Shown here in pieces: positions 9,838 through 20,973 of a DNA stretch of 64,000 bases. Source of the stretch: Gammaproteobacteria bacterium (GTDB lineage Bacteria; Pseudomonadota; Gammaproteobacteria; G965277405); NCBI GenBank assembly GCA_965277405.1, contig OZ255726.1, forward strand, positions 1,344,001 to 1,408,000, given 5' to 3'. The stretch's first letter is position 1; each line of letters starts with the position of its first letter. The notes beneath the pieces are model-generated. The model was not told where the DNA came from. It ran no database searches and saw nothing but the letters and a program-made list of their open reading frames with translations. The translations under genes and the position numbers were made by a program.

Positions 9838-10511
9838 GCGCTTAATATGGATTCTGCCAACGATAAATCAATTGGTGTTGTAACTTTTATATTATCCTGT
9901 TTTCCCTCAATCATTGTGACCGCATGCCCACAGTGATGCAAAGCAGATACGTCATCTGTAACGGCGTACTGTTGCGCAATACAGTGTTGTATTGAATTTC
10001 TGAGCAGCGCAGCTGGGGCACATTGTGGGGTAAATGTCCGCCAAATCGTGCTGCGGTCAACAACATCGTGTACTTTGAGATTTTCATCAACATCAACGAG
10101 ACTGTCCGTAGCCGGCGCTCCTAATGCACAGGCGTGCTGCGGGTTGTTGCGTATCCAACGCATGAGCAAATCAATATCTGCTTTACTGATATTTGGGCGA
10201 GCGCCATCGTGGATGAGCGCATATGCATTTGTATCTTGTTTAAGTACGGCGTTCAGTCCTGCGAGTACTGAGTTAAACCGTTGTTCTCCTCCTTGAACGT
10301 GCATGTAGCTATCTGGCGGGAATGGCAACGGCGTCTTGCAACTCTCCACAATCACGACACCTGCAATGTGTGGGTGGGTAACAAAATAGCGCGCGGCATA
10401 ATATAGCATTGGTGTATCGGCTATCAGCAAGGATGTCTTGTGCGTTTGCGCACAAAGTTGTCCCATGCGTTTACCATATCCTGCAGCAGCAATGACTGCC
10501 CATACGTCCAT
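9834..10511 (-). CDS. ispD: 2-C-methyl-D-erythritol 4-phosphate cytidylyltransferase
   Basis: AAAGYGKRMG, GGEQRFNSV, IHDGARP, TPQ, TDD, NIKVTTPIDL; follows ftsB. Confidence 0.9.
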   Translation of the reverse strand: MDVWAVIAAAGYGKRMGQLCAQTHKTSLLIADTPMLYYAARYFVTHPHIAGVVIVESCKTPLPFPPDSYMHVQGGEQRFNSVLAGLNAVLKQDTNAYALIHDGARPNISKADIDLLMRWIRNNPQHACALGAPATDSLVDVDENLKVHDVVDRSTIWRTFTPQCAPAALLRNSIQHCIAQQYAVTDDVSALHHCGHAVTMIEGKQDNIKVTTPIDLSLAESILSA

Positions 10512-10512
10512 G

Positions 10513-10803
10513 TTATTGCTCGCTACTGAGGTCTTTGATAATCAGCAATAACTCGTCTTTACTAATCATCATTAATTCGCTACGGGCGCGTTCTTCAATA
10601 GCGCTGACATCAGTTTTAATACTATTTATTCGTTGTTGCAAGCGGTCATTTTCAACGTGAAGCGCCATATTTCGCCGTTGCAAAATTGCAACTTGATGTT
10701 CAAGTCGATGGATGAATGTCAGGCTGCCGTCACCAAGCCATATCCGCGCTTGTAATAGCAACAACACTATGATGAGCAAGATAGTCCAAAATCGTAGCTT
10801 CAT
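10513..10803 (-). CDS. ftsB: Cell division protein FtsB
   Basis: N-terminal TM, LQARIWLGDGS, coiled coil, AIEERARSELMMI; synteny with ispD. Confidence 0.88.
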   Translation of the reverse strand: MKLRFWTILLIIVLLLLQARIWLGDGSLTFIHRLEHQVAILQRRNMALHVENDRLQQRINSIKTDVSAIEERARSELMMISKDELLLIIKDLSSEQ

Positions 10804-10809
10804 GACTTG

Positions 10810-11991
10810 TTATGTCGTTAGCGCGGCAATCCCTGGTAGTGTCTTGCCTTCAAGCCATGCTAAAAATGCTCCACCAGCGGTTGATACATAACTAAAATCA
10901 TCGGTAACACCTGCAGTATTGAGTGCGCTGATAGTATCACCACCGCCGGCGATAGCTGTCAATGTGCCACTGGTACACGCAGCAGCTGCGTGTTTGGCTA
11001 CTGTAACTGTAGCAGTGTCGAAGGGGGGTACTTCAAAGACACCAAGCGGCCCATTCCAAACGAGGGTTTGGCATTGGTCAATGATGGCACAGATGTGTTG
11101 CATAGATGCATCGCCGCAATCCAAGATTGTCGCAGTATCAGGGATTGACTCTAAGCCAACCACTCGTGCGGCATTGGGCGTATCAAAGCTATCGGCAATC
11201 CGTACGTCGGTTGGGATGACCAAGGTACAATTGTGCAGTTTTGCTGCTGCATAGATATTAGCAACGGTATCAAGCATTGTGGACTCGACCAACGATGAGC
11301 CGACAGCGTAACCGTGATACAGCAAAAATGTATTCGCCATACCGCCACCAAGGATGATGTAGTCAACTTTTTGCACGAGGTTTTCTAATACAGCAAGTTT
11401 AGTCGATACTTTTGCCCCGCCAACTAATGCCGCAATCGGAGCATTATCAGGGTTGAATGCACGCGCAAGCGCGTCGAGTTCTGCCGTTAAGCCAAGCCCA
11501 GCATACGCTGGGAGGTATTGGGTGATTGCCGCGATGGACGCATGCGCGCGGTGGCTGCAAGAAAACGCATCATTGACATAAACATCACCAAGTGATGCCA
11601 GTTGTTGGGCAAAAACAGCATCGTTGTTTTCTTCACCAGGGTGAAACCGCAGATTTTCAATACAGACGATACTCCCTGCCTGTAGGGTGCTAATTTTTTG
11701 CGGCGCGGCTGCAATATCTGCCAATAATGCAACTGGCTGCTTGAGCAATAACTGCAAACGTTCAACCACTGGGCGCAAGCTCATAGCTGGATCAACTCTG
11801 CCTTTAGGCTTATCAAAGTGGGAAAGAATAACGATTGTTGCGCCTGCGTTGCGGAGGTATTTAATTGTTGGCAAAGCGCGTTGTATTCTAGTGTCATCGC
11901 TGATGCTCCCGCGCTGCAACGGCACATTCAGATCAAAGCGGACTACAACAATTGTCTTACCTAGGTTTGGTATTTGACCGAGAGTATTCAT
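10810..11991 (-). CDS. pgk: Phosphoglycerate kinase
   Basis: RFDLNVP, DDTRI, ENLRF, NDAFSCSHRAHAS, GGAKVSTK, GGGMANTF, WNGPLGVFE, GGGDT. Confidence 0.95.
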   Translation of the reverse strand: MNTLGQIPNLGKTIVVVRFDLNVPLQRGSISDDTRIQRALPTIKYLRNAGATIVILSHFDKPKGRVDPAMSLRPVVERLQLLLKQPVALLADIAAAPQKISTLQAGSIVCIENLRFHPGEENNDAVFAQQLASLGDVYVNDAFSCSHRAHASIAAITQYLPAYAGLGLTAELDALARAFNPDNAPIAALVGGAKVSTKLAVLENLVQKVDYIILGGGMANTFLLYHGYAVGSSLVESTMLDTVANIYAAAKLHNCTLVIPTDVRIADSFDTPNAARVVGLESIPDTATILDCGDASMQHICAIIDQCQTLVWNGPLGVFEVPPFDTATVTVAKHAAAACTSGTLTAIAGGGDTISALNTAGVTDDFSYVSTAGGAFLAWLEGKTLPGIAALTT

Positions 11992-12940
11992 TGTGTAATC
12001 CAAAAGGTTGTAAATATGCGGCGACAACTGCTGCTGCATCAACTCCCATGCAGACATCGACTTGTGGCGTTGCATGCCATTGTTGGTCAGGATGTTGAAA
12101 TGAGCCAAAATCACAAATAGTATTGCCAGCTCCAATCCCACCAGCAGTCACGCGGACGCGTGCTTGTTGTGTAGTGAATAGCTGCGGGTGGGTTACATAT
12201 AATAACGCTGCAGCATCATGGACATTGCAGCCATCGATGGCGCGGAACTGCTTATAGAAATCAGTATAAAAGCGGCTGCAATTCCAGATGAACTGCCCGA
12301 GTTCACCAGCACTGTCTCGCAGTGCCGCAAAATGCGCATTGGTCATTATAACTTGCTGGGTAACATCAAGCCCAACCATCGCCATCGCATGCCATGGTGC
12401 TTGAAAAACAATATCTGCTGCGTGTGGGTCTGCATGCACATTCGCTTCTGCAACCGGGGATAAGTTACCGCCTGCGGCTGCACCGCCCATAACAACCAAG
12501 CCGCCTATGCGCCGTGCAAACCCACTATCTGCACGAATAGCGCTGGCAATATTTGTTAACGGTCCAACCGCAACGATGATCACATCTTTGCCGTGAACTC
12601 GACTCAAGCGCAACAGCATTTCTACAGCGCTTTCGTTCACAGCTTTAATTTTGGCTGGGGGTAAATTGATATTACCCAAGCCATCTTCACCATGGACAAA
12701 AGCTGATGGTGGGCGCAACGGTTGCTGTAATGGTAGTTCGCAGCCATTGGCAACAGGCACGTGCGCTGCCTTACATATTTCTAGAATACGCAAGGCGTTA
12801 TCTGTGGCTAATGGCGTTAATACGTTGCCAAAAATTGTGGTAATGCCGATTAATTCAAGGTCTGGACTTTTGACTGCATACGCAATCGCTAAGGCATCGT
12901 CGATGCCTGGGTCTGTGTCAAATATTATTTTCTGGGTCAT
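11957..12940 (-). CDS. Nucleoside hydrolase (IU-NH family)
   Basis: DTDPGIDDA, HGEDGLG, GPLTN, MGG, AEANVHADPHAA, GLDVT, VHDA. Confidence 0.9.
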   Translation of the reverse strand: MTQKIIFDTDPGIDDALAIAYAVKSPDLELIGITTIFGNVLTPLATDNALRILEICKAAHVPVANGCELPLQQPLRPPSAFVHGEDGLGNINLPPAKIKAVNESAVEMLLRLSRVHGKDVIIVAVGPLTNIASAIRADSGFARRIGGLVVMGGAAAGGNLSPVAEANVHADPHAADIVFQAPWHAMAMVGLDVTQQVIMTNAHFAALRDSAGELGQFIWNCSRFYTDFYKQFRAIDGCNVHDAAALLYVTHPQLFTTQQARVRVTAGGIGAGNTICDFGSFQHPDQQWHATPQVDVCMGVDAAAVVAAYLQPFGLHNEYSRSNTKPR

Positions 12941-13829
12941 AATTTTCCTGTATTGATGAATCACTTACTTGTGGTAACGCAGGAATGGATGTTGCTGCGC
13001 CGAGTTGTGTTACAGCTAATGCTGCTGCCTTTGCAGCTGTGTGTAATGCTTGTTTCCGAGTTGCACCAGAGTGGTATAGCGATAATAGATAGCCGATAAA
13101 TGTGTCGCCAGCAGCTGTGGTATCGATTGCTTGTACAGTAAATGCTGGTTGAAATATCTGTGTATCTGTTGTTTGCCAAATACTCCCTTGTTTACCTAAA
13201 GTGACAATGATTTCCATATTCTTGTATTGTTTTTGAATACGTTGAATATTGTCTTCAATACTATCAGTACCGCCAAATTGACTCAATTCAATTTGATTGA
13301 CAATCAGCAACTCTACATGTTCTAGCGGCAAATTGAGCACGCTAGCAGCAAATGGTGCTGGATTAAACGCCAGCCGCAGTCCAGCTGATTGTGCGGCATT
13401 CATGGCAGCCGCGATACCATTTGTTTCATGTTGGCAAAGCAGCCAGTCGCCGCTGTTGGCTTGTTGCAACAGATGTTGGACAGCGGCGGCATCGATGCAG
13501 GCATTTGCTCCAGCAAAAAGCATGATGGTGTTTTCAGCGTTGGCATCGATTTGGATGATGGCATGCCCGCTGGGGGTAGTTGTAGTTTGGATTGCCCGAC
13601 TGTCGATTCCAAATGCTGTGAGTTGCGCACGCAGCCAGGCGTCGGCTGGATTGATGCAGCCAATATGGCAGACAGCACCCCCAGCGCGGAGCGTGGCAAT
13701 CGATTGGTTAATGCCTTTGCCTCCCAGAAACATTGCATACGCATAACTGGATATTGTTTCACCTGGGCGCGCAAATCCATCAACTTGGTAGACGTGATCA
13801 ATGTTGATAGAACCAAGATTATAAATCAT
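12918..13829 (-). CDS. rbsK: Ribokinase (PfkB family)
   Basis: GSINID, GGKGINQS, GHAII, NPAP, VTLGKQG, DTTAAGDTF. Confidence 0.85.
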   Translation of the reverse strand: MIYNLGSINIDHVYQVDGFARPGETISSYAYAMFLGGKGINQSIATLRAGGAVCHIGCINPADAWLRAQLTAFGIDSRAIQTTTTPSGHAIIQIDANAENTIMLFAGANACIDAAAVQHLLQQANSGDWLLCQHETNGIAAAMNAAQSAGLRLAFNPAPFAASVLNLPLEHVELLIVNQIELSQFGGTDSIEDNIQRIQKQYKNMEIIVTLGKQGSIWQTTDTQIFQPAFTVQAIDTTAAGDTFIGYLLSLYHSGATRKQALHTAAKAAALAVTQLGAATSIPALPQVSDSSIQENYDPENNI

Positions 13830-14334
13830 TGCGCTGCCAGATTGAGGTGGTGAAACTGCATTCGTTGTTGTCGTCAGCAAGCCAGTTTTGAGTATATATT
13901 TGTTGGTAGCAGCTGTAATCAACATCTGGAAAATAAGCGTCTCCTGCCAACATGGAATCAACAACAGAAATATATAACCTGTCCGCTGTTTGGATTGTTT
14001 GCAAATAGATGTTAGCACCGCCACAAATCATTAGTTCATGGTGTTGACTATGTGTCGCATGCCAACTATATGCCTGCTGTAATGAGTTGCAGATAACGCT
14101 GTTGTCACTGAGCTGGATATCAAGCTGACTGGTTAACACGATGATGTTGCGGTCGCGCAGAAAACGCCCAACTGCTGCATATGTAGTGCTACCCATCAGC
14201 AGTGTTTTGCCGAGTGTGTGGCGTTTAAACCAGCGCAAGTCATTGGATAAGTGCCAAGGTAAACGGCAATCTTTGCCAATAATGCCATTGCCTCCATGGG
14301 CAACAATTAGCGAAATAGTAGGATTATCTGGCAT
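13819..14334 (-). CDS. folA: Dihydrofolate reductase
   Basis: ISLIVA, IGKDCRLPWHLSNDLRWFK, MG..T, RNII, ICGGANIY, GDAYFP. Confidence 0.9.
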   Translation of the reverse strand: MPDNPTISLIVAHGGNGIIGKDCRLPWHLSNDLRWFKRHTLGKTLLMGSTTYAAVGRFLRDRNIIVLTSQLDIQLSDNSVICNSLQQAYSWHATHSQHHELMICGGANIYLQTIQTADRLYISVVDSMLAGDAYFPDVDYSCYQQIYTQNWLADDNNECSFTTSIWQRNDL

Positions 14335-14475
14335 TTCCCTTTGATTGATTGTGTTGAGACGCATTATTGTGGCTTGTTTATGAAGTTACATTGTATAAAA
14401 CAATTTATAGCCAAGAACAATTAAATGAGATATGTAGATATCATTTAATTTTACAGACTGAATACGAGATGCCAA

Positions 14476-15471
14476 ATGGGACAATACGAGCAGAACACGC
14501 AGCAGCATACAACGGCTGTGTTGTTAGTAAATTTAGGAACTCCTGAACAACTTACAGCGGCTGGAGTGCGAAATTTTTTAGGTAGATTGCTACGCGATCA
14601 GCGTGTCGTGGAGCATCCTCGGCTGCTATGGTGGCCTATTTTATATGGGATTGTTTTGCCATTTAGAGCTAAAAAAACCTTGGCAAATTATCACAAAGTT
14701 TGGTTGCCAAATGGTTCTCCACTGATGGAGTTTTGCAAAGCATTGGCAACGGCATTACGCAATACATTGCATGAAAATGGCAACAACATTGATGTGCATT
14801 TAGCCATGTCGTACTGCCAGCCATACGTTACGCAGATCACTGCTGAATTAGTTGCGCTGCAATATAAAAAAATCATCGTGTTACCACTGTATCCACAATA
14901 CGCACAAAGCACTTGTGCGGCTGTTTTTGACCAGATAACACGAGCATTACATGCACAAAAATACATCCCGAGTATTTCCTTCATCCACGGCTACCATGAT
15001 CACTCGCTATATATCCAAGCATTAGCAGCACAAGTTCGAGCATTTCAGCAAACGCATGGAGTGGCTGAGTATTTATTGATTTCATACCATGGGATTCCAC
15101 AAAAAGTGGCTGATGGCGGCGACCCATATTATGACTGTTGTCAAGAAACCACACGGCTGTTATGTAAGGAACTTGCGCTGGAGCAAGCGCAATATGCGAT
15201 GGTGTTTCAATCACGTTTTGGTATGCAGCAGTGGTTGCAACCGTATTGCGATGCAACCATTATTGCGTTGGCAGCAGCTGGGATACGTCATCTACAAGTG
15301 CTTTGTCCAGGGTTTGCTGTTGATTGTGTAGAAACGTTGGAAGAGATTTCTATATCCGCCAAAAAATTGTTTGTAGCGCATGGCGGCACATCCTTTGCAT
15401 ATATCCCATGTTTGAATGACAAAAGTAGCCATGCTGAGTTATTGGCAGCGCTGGTGCAAGCGCATGATTGA
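14476..15471 (+). CDS. hemH: Ferrochelatase
   Basis: LLVNLGTPE, GSPL, LPLYPQY, SYHGIP, GDPY, FQSRFG, WLQPY, PGFAVDCVETLEEI. Confidence 0.93.
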   Translation: MGQYEQNTQQHTTAVLLVNLGTPEQLTAAGVRNFLGRLLRDQRVVEHPRLLWWPILYGIVLPFRAKKTLANYHKVWLPNGSPLMEFCKALATALRNTLHENGNNIDVHLAMSYCQPYVTQITAELVALQYKKIIVLPLYPQYAQSTCAAVFDQITRALHAQKYIPSISFIHGYHDHSLYIQALAAQVRAFQQTHGVAEYLLISYHGIPQKVADGGDPYYDCCQETTRLLCKELALEQAQYAMVFQSRFGMQQWLQPYCDATIIALAAAGIRHLQVLCPGFAVDCVETLEEISISAKKLFVAHGGTSFAYIPCLNDKSSHAELLAALVQAHD

Positions 15472-16180
15472 GGGTATTACCCGTATCCATTCACCTGCAC
15501 AGAATTCGCGGGTGCGGATGCTGGTGGTGCATTTTACAGAATTAGATACCGCAGCAGCGCTTGCCGCATTACAAGGGTCTGTCAGCGCGCATTATTTGGT
15601 TGGTGATGGCAGCGATGAATACCGCGTCCGCCAGTTAGTCGATGAGAAAAATTGCGCATGGCATGCAGGCGATGCTGTATGGCAGAAAATGCGCCCCATC
15701 AACAATATATCAATTGGTGTTGAAATCGTGTATCAGCCCCACGGCGATCAGTACCCGCCATATGATCCGCAGCAAATACAAGTTGTGGCACAATTGCTGC
15801 AACGCATCCAACAACGCCATGATATTCATCCTATCAACATTGTGGGGCATAGCGATATTGCCCCGCATCGCAAGCGCGACCCAGGCCCGATGTTTCCATG
15901 GGCACAACTAGCGCAGCAAGGCATTGGGGCATGGTATGACGCCACAACATATGCGCGCTGGCATGCGTATTTTGATACGCATGGATTGCCGAGTAACAAA
16001 CAGTTTTGGCAATGGTTGCAGGCATATGGTTATGGCACAACCCATTTCACAGCATGTGTTCGTGCATTTCAGTTGCACTTTCGCGCTGATAATATCAGTG
16101 GGGATGTCGATGTGCAAAGCGCGGCAATTCTGGCAGCATTGCTGAAAAAATATACCGACACCACGTTGTTGACTGGTTGA
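15464..16180 (+). CDS. N-acetylmuramoyl-L-alanine amidase (Amidase_2, AmiD/AmpD-like)
   Basis: LVVHFT, VSAHYLV, AWHAG, SIGVE, VGHSDIAPHRKRDPGPMFPW, AFQLHFR. Confidence 0.88.
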   Translation: MIEGITRIHSPAQNSRVRMLVVHFTELDTAAALAALQGSVSAHYLVGDGSDEYRVRQLVDEKNCAWHAGDAVWQKMRPINNISIGVEIVYQPHGDQYPPYDPQQIQVVAQLLQRIQQRHDIHPINIVGHSDIAPHRKRDPGPMFPWAQLAQQGIGAWYDATTYARWHAYFDTHGLPSNKQFWQWLQAYGYGTTHFTACVRAFQLHFRADNISGDVDVQSAAILAALLKKYTDTTLLTG

Positions 16181-16294
16181 ACTACGCCAACAAATGATTC
16201 CATTCATCCAACAGCAGCAGCGCAGCCGGTGATACTCTCTATACTTGAGCCAGCATACCGCAAGCTATTATGAGGAGACAAACTCAGTCACCAT

Positions 16295-19147
16295 ATGGAA
16301 AATATTGATGTTTATGGAGCAAGGACGCATAACTTAAAAAATATCAGTTGCCCCATTCCCCGCGACTCATTAGTCGTTATCACTGGGTTATCTGGCTCTG
16401 GAAAATCATCGTTAGCGTTTGACACGTTGTATGCAGAAGGGCAGCGTCGCTATGTTGAATCGCTATCTGCATATGCGCGCCAATTTTTGTCGATGATGGA
16501 AAAACCAGATGTCGATCGGATTGATGGGTTGTCACCAGCGATTTCTATTGAGCAAAAATCAACTTCGCATAACCCAAGGTCAACTGTCGGCACAATCACT
16601 GAAATATATGATTATTTACGGCTGTTGTTTGCCCGCGTAGGACAGCCACGCTGCCCTGATCATCATCAGGATTTACGCGCGCAATCTACCAGCAATATGG
16701 TCGATGTCTTGATGGAGCATCTCGATAAACGTTTTATGATTTTGGCGCCAATAATCCGCAACCGCAAAGGCGAGCATCTGCAGTTGTTGCAAAAACTACA
16801 GACACTAGGGTTTGTGCGTGTGCGTGTTGACGGCGTAGTAGTTGCTGTCGATGAAGTAGTTACGTTGGAAAAAAACGTTAAACATACTATTGAGGCGGTG
16901 GTTGACCGCGTGCGTATTCAGCCAGCAGCACAGCAACGGCTTGCAGAGTCTTTAGAAAGCGCGGTTAATTTAGCCGATGGGCTGGCAATAGCTGTGAATA
17001 TGGATGAGGAGGAAGAGGAAATTATGTTTTCCTCACGCTATGCATGCAATAAATGTGGCTATAGTTTGCTTGAGTTAGAACCTAGATTATTTTCGTTCAA
17101 TAACCCCAATGGCGCTTGCCCAACTTGTGATGGCCTTGGCAAACAACAAACTTTTGATGAAGATCTGGTCGTTATCGAGCCAGATGCCACGTTGGCACAA
17201 GGTGCGATTGCTGGTTGGAGTAGCCGCAACCAGTATACATTTTCTTTGGTAAAAGCCGTCGCCCAGCATTATGAGTTTGACATTGATATACCATTTTCAA
17301 AGCTGTCCGCAGCGCATCAAAAACTGCTATTGTACGGTACAGGTCGACAGTCCATAACCTTTGTGTATGAGAATGATAGCAACCACAAGTTTGAGACAAC
17401 GCATGCATTTGAGGGAGTTATTCCAAATTTCAAGCGGCGCTATCGCGAGACAGAATCCGCATCAGTGCGCGAAGAATTACAAAAATACATCAGCGTTAAG
17501 CCCTGCGCAACATGCCAAGGTTCAAGGTTACGCCGTGAAGCTATCAACGTGTTTGTAGCAGAACATAACTTGCCACAAATCACCGCGATGTCGATTGAAG
17601 AAGCGGTGATTTTTTTTGATAATGTGGTGTTTACGGGCAATCAGCAAACAATTGCACAAAGAATTTTAAAAGAAATTAATGCCCGGTTACGGTTTTTAAA
17701 CAATGTCGGCTTAAACTACCTTTCATTATCTAGAAGCGCAGACACATTATCAGGTGGTGAAGCGCAACGCATCCGCTTGGCTAGCCAAATTGGGTCTGGT
17801 CTTGTCGGGGTGATGTATGTATTAGACGAACCATCGATTGGCCTGCATCAACGCGATAATGCACGACTGCTGCAAGCACTGTGCAATTTGCGTGATTTAG
17901 GCAATACTGTTATTGTTGTTGAGCATGACGAAGAGGCAATTCGCACCGCACAACATGTTATCGATATCGGTCCTGGCGCGGGGGTTCATGGTGGCACGAT
18001 TGTAGCGCAAGGCACACCAGAGCAAATTGCGAAAAATCCAAACTCAATCACTGGGGCGTTTTTGCGTGGGTCACGGTATATTAGCATCCCTGCTACACGC
18101 CGACCAATCGACGCAGATAAATGGATCTGTCTCAATACAGCCACGGGTAACAACTTACAGCACGTTGACTTGCGCCTGCCAGTTGGGGTGATGACCTGCG
18201 TCACAGGTGTATCAGGATCGGGCAAGTCAACATTGATCAATCAAACCTTGTATCCAATTGCATCTGCCAAACTCATGGGCAGTCGTAATATTCGTATCCA
18301 ACCGCATCAATCAATTACGGGTTTAGAGCATTTCGATAAAGTTATCAATATTGATCAGGGTCCCATTGGGAGAACACCGCGTTCCAACCCAGCAACATAT
18401 ACAGGCGTGTTTACCCCAATTCGCGAATTATTTGCAGCAACGCAAGAAGCACGGTCGCGCGGCTATCAACCAGGCAGATTTAGCTTTAATGTTAAAGGTG
18501 GTCGCTGTGAACAATGCCAAGGCGGCGGGATGATTAAAGTCGAAATGCATTTTCTTGCCGATGTGTATGTTGCATGTGATGTCTGTCAAGGAATGCGCTA
18601 TGGTAGAGAAACACTGGATGTGCTGTATAAGGGTAAAAACATTGCCCAAGTATTGGCAATGACTGTAGAGCAGTCGCAAGTTTTTTTTGCTGCTGTACCA
18701 TCCATCAAACGCAAACTTGATACCATGCTCGATGTCGGGCTTGGCTATATCACTTTAGGACAAAGCGCCACGACGTTATCAGGTGGCGAAGCGCAACGAG
18801 TGAAGCTCTCAAAAGAACTCGCCAGGCAGAATACCGGCAAGACACTGTATATTCTTGACGAGCCAACAACTGGCTTGCATTTTCATGATATTGAACAATT
18901 GTTGCGCGTTATTCAAGTACTTACCGATCAAGGCAATACTGTTGTTATTATTGAACACAACCTTGATGTGGTGAAAACCGCAGATTGGGTGGTCGACCTT
19001 GGACCTGAGGGCGGCAACCATGGTGGACAGATTATTGCCTGCGGTCGCCCAGAAGATATTGTTAAAAATAAGCACTCGCATACTGGTAATTCCTTAGCGC
19101 CGCTCCTGAATGCCGCCGCGCGCCGCCGCTCACAACAATTTGTATAG
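16295..19147 (+). CDS. uvrA: Excinuclease ABC subunit A
   Basis: GARTHNLKN, two Walker A motifs ([16 protein letters not shown]), LSGGEAQR twice, zinc fingers; 950 aa. Confidence 0.97.
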   Translation: MENIDVYGARTHNLKNISCPIPRDSLVVITGLSGSGKSSLAFDTLYAEGQRRYVESLSAYARQFLSMMEKPDVDRIDGLSPAISIEQKSTSHNPRSTVGTITEIYDYLRLLFARVGQPRCPDHHQDLRAQSTSNMVDVLMEHLDKRFMILAPIIRNRKGEHLQLLQKLQTLGFVRVRVDGVVVAVDEVVTLEKNVKHTIEAVVDRVRIQPAAQQRLAESLESAVNLADGLAIAVNMDEEEEEIMFSSRYACNKCGYSLLELEPRLFSFNNPNGACPTCDGLGKQQTFDEDLVVIEPDATLAQGAIAGWSSRNQYTFSLVKAVAQHYEFDIDIPFSKLSAAHQKLLLYGTGRQSITFVYENDSNHKFETTHAFEGVIPNFKRRYRETESASVREELQKYISVKPCATCQGSRLRREAINVFVAEHNLPQITAMSIEEAVIFFDNVVFTGNQQTIAQRILKEINARLRFLNNVGLNYLSLSRSADTLSGGEAQRIRLASQIGSGLVGVMYVLDEPSIGLHQRDNARLLQALCNLRDLGNTVIVVEHDEEAIRTAQHVIDIGPGAGVHGGTIVAQGTPEQIAKNPNSITGAFLRGSRYISIPATRRPIDADKWICLNTATGNNLQHVDLRLPVGVMTCVTGVSGSGKSTLINQTLYPIASAKLMGSRNIRIQPHQSITGLEHFDKVINIDQGPIGRTPRSNPATYTGVFTPIRELFAATQEARSRGYQPGRFSFNVKGGRCEQCQGGGMIKVEMHFLADVYVACDVCQGMRYGRETLDVLYKGKNIAQVLAMTVEQSQVFFAAVPSIKRKLDTMLDVGLGYITLGQSATTLSGGEAQRVKLSKELARQNTGKTLYILDEPTTGLHFHDIEQLLRVIQVLTDQGNTVVIIEHNLDVVKTADWVVDLGPEGGNHGGQIIACGRPEDIVKNKHSHTGNSLAPLLNAAARRRSQQFV

Positions 19148-19251
19148 CCGCATGCTGGGGCACAGTGGCGCGAACAAACAACACAACAATGAGTGGATAC
19201 ACGATTTAGTTACCAGCATAGCGCATAGATTTGTGCTTGCTATCGCACAAT

Positions 19252-20652
19252 ATGTTTACACCAATTATCGATTCACCTGCTACTAATTTGCGGCGACGCT
19301 ATAGCCCTAGCGAGTTAGTGCAGACTGGAAATGTTGAAATACTACCATGGTGGAGTGCTGGTTTTTGTCGTGTATGGCATGTGCTACCAGTGCGCTGGCA
19401 GCAACGCATTGGCATTATCAGCGATCGATGCCCGCATCCGCTAGTTAATTACACCCTGCCAAGAGATCCTGAAATGTTAGGGTGTACCCCAACATTGTAT
19501 CAAGAGTTAATACAACGTTTTGATAGCAATCAATCTCCGCAGCTATTACTCGAACGGTTAGAGCAGGAAATTAGTCATGAAGAGTCGGTTAGATTTAGTA
19601 AGTGGCTGCTCGACTATGCAATTGAACAACAAGCAAGCGATATTCACATCGAGCCACAGCCACAGGCATATCGGCTACGTTTGCGGGTTGATGGCGTATT
19701 ACATATGGTACGCACATTATCGCGCAACAATGCAGAGTTATTGTTCAATCGCTTTAAGGTATTAGCCAAGCTGAATTTAGCAGAGCAGCGCCTGCCATTG
19801 AATGGTCAATTCATCCACGCATACTATGATCAGCAGCAAGAGATTCGGGTTGCCGTTATCCCAGAATCGAGCGGCACGATGATGGTGCTGCGCTTATTCC
19901 ACAAACAAACTCTCTTTCGTGAGATTGATCAACTCGGTTTTAATGCGCAGCAACAGCCGATGTGGATGCGGGCAGTGAGCGCCCAAAATGGCTTGATATT
20001 ATTAACAGGTCCCACAGGGTCTGGAAAAACGACGACGCTGTATTCAACATTATTGCACCTAGCAAAGTTGAATAAAAAAATATGCACCGTTGAAGACCCA
20101 GTAGAAATTATCGAGCCGTTATTTTGCCAAATACAAGTTCACGAAGCTATCGGACTTGATTTCCCAACGGCGTTGCAAAACCTACTCCGCCATGACCCAG
20201 ATGTATTGCTGATAGGCGAGATTCGCGATGCGCAAACAGCAAAAATCGCAGTCCAAGCCGCGTTGACTGGGCATTTAGTGTTTGCCAGCCTACACACAGC
20301 AGATGTTGCGGGAGCTATTGATAGAATGCTCGACTTAGATGTGCCAGAATTACTGCTCAGAACAACGTTGCGCGCGGTGGTTGCGCAACGGCTGTTGCGG
20401 ACAACGTGCCAATCATGCGCTGGAACAGGGTGTGCCACATGCTATCAAACAGGTCTAAGTGGTCGCGTCCCAATTGTAGAATTTGCAGATCACCACATGC
20501 TGTCAGTGCCAAGCGCTATGTTCACCGGTGAGCATATTCGCGCGCATTTGCGCAGCAGTAACATCATCAGCCTCCGCCAACAAGCTATGGCATTGGTAGC
20601 CACCAACCAAACAACAGTAGCAGAAGTTATTGCGCAAACACCAGATGAATGA
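19252..20652 (+). CDS. GspE/PulE/PilB-family secretion or pilus ATPase
   Basis: ASDIHIEP, RLRVDG, GPTGSGKTTT, TVEDPVE, LRHDPDVLLIGEIRD, TGHLVFASLH, CxxC...CxxC. Confidence 0.88.
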   Translation: MFTPIIDSPATNLRRRYSPSELVQTGNVEILPWWSAGFCRVWHVLPVRWQQRIGIISDRCPHPLVNYTLPRDPEMLGCTPTLYQELIQRFDSNQSPQLLLERLEQEISHEESVRFSKWLLDYAIEQQASDIHIEPQPQAYRLRLRVDGVLHMVRTLSRNNAELLFNRFKVLAKLNLAEQRLPLNGQFIHAYYDQQQEIRVAVIPESSGTMMVLRLFHKQTLFREIDQLGFNAQQQPMWMRAVSAQNGLILLTGPTGSGKTTTLYSTLLHLAKLNKKICTVEDPVEIIEPLFCQIQVHEAIGLDFPTALQNLLRHDPDVLLIGEIRDAQTAKIAVQAALTGHLVFASLHTADVAGAIDRMLDLDVPELLLRTTLRAVVAQRLLRTTCQSCAGTGCATCYQTGLSGRVPIVEFADHHMLSVPSAMFTGEHIRAHLRSSNIISLRQQAMALVATNQTTVAEVIAQTPDE

Positions 20653-20818
20653 AAGAGCTAACATGCTGTCTTACGCAACAATCTTACTAGGCGCTATACC
20701 ACAACATCAGCTATTTCCCTGCGCTGCAATCGCGCCTGCAACGGGTAAATTACTACCCTACAACATCAGCCCAATCTCCGCGGCAACACGCTAGCCAAGA
20801 AGCAATATTCTGTGCATT

Positions 20819-20839
20819 GATACCCGATACCCGATACCC
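20819..20839. repeat. 7-bp tandem repeat (GATACCC) x3 upstream of receptor 1
   Basis: Seen directly in the sequence. Confidence 0.85.
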
Positions 20840-20886
20840 GAGCGCCGCTGTACTCAGCAATCCAGCGCCAAGAGCGGCGGATAATA

Positions 20887-20905
20887 CTTAATGAGAATTA
20901 TTAGC
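20887..20905 (+). promoter_or_regulatory. Fur box upstream of TonB-dependent receptor 1
   Basis: CTTAATGAGAATTATTAGC, 14/19 to consensus; identical copy upstream of receptor 2. Confidence 0.65.
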
Positions 20906-20973
20906 ATTTAGTTATTGCTTTAATTTTTGATCGCAGTAGCGTAGTATTTTTTAGCAATATAGATAGGCAAACC

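Noticed and set aside
16181-16294. LexA box upstream of uvrA
   Set aside because: No CTGT-N8-ACAG match seen.
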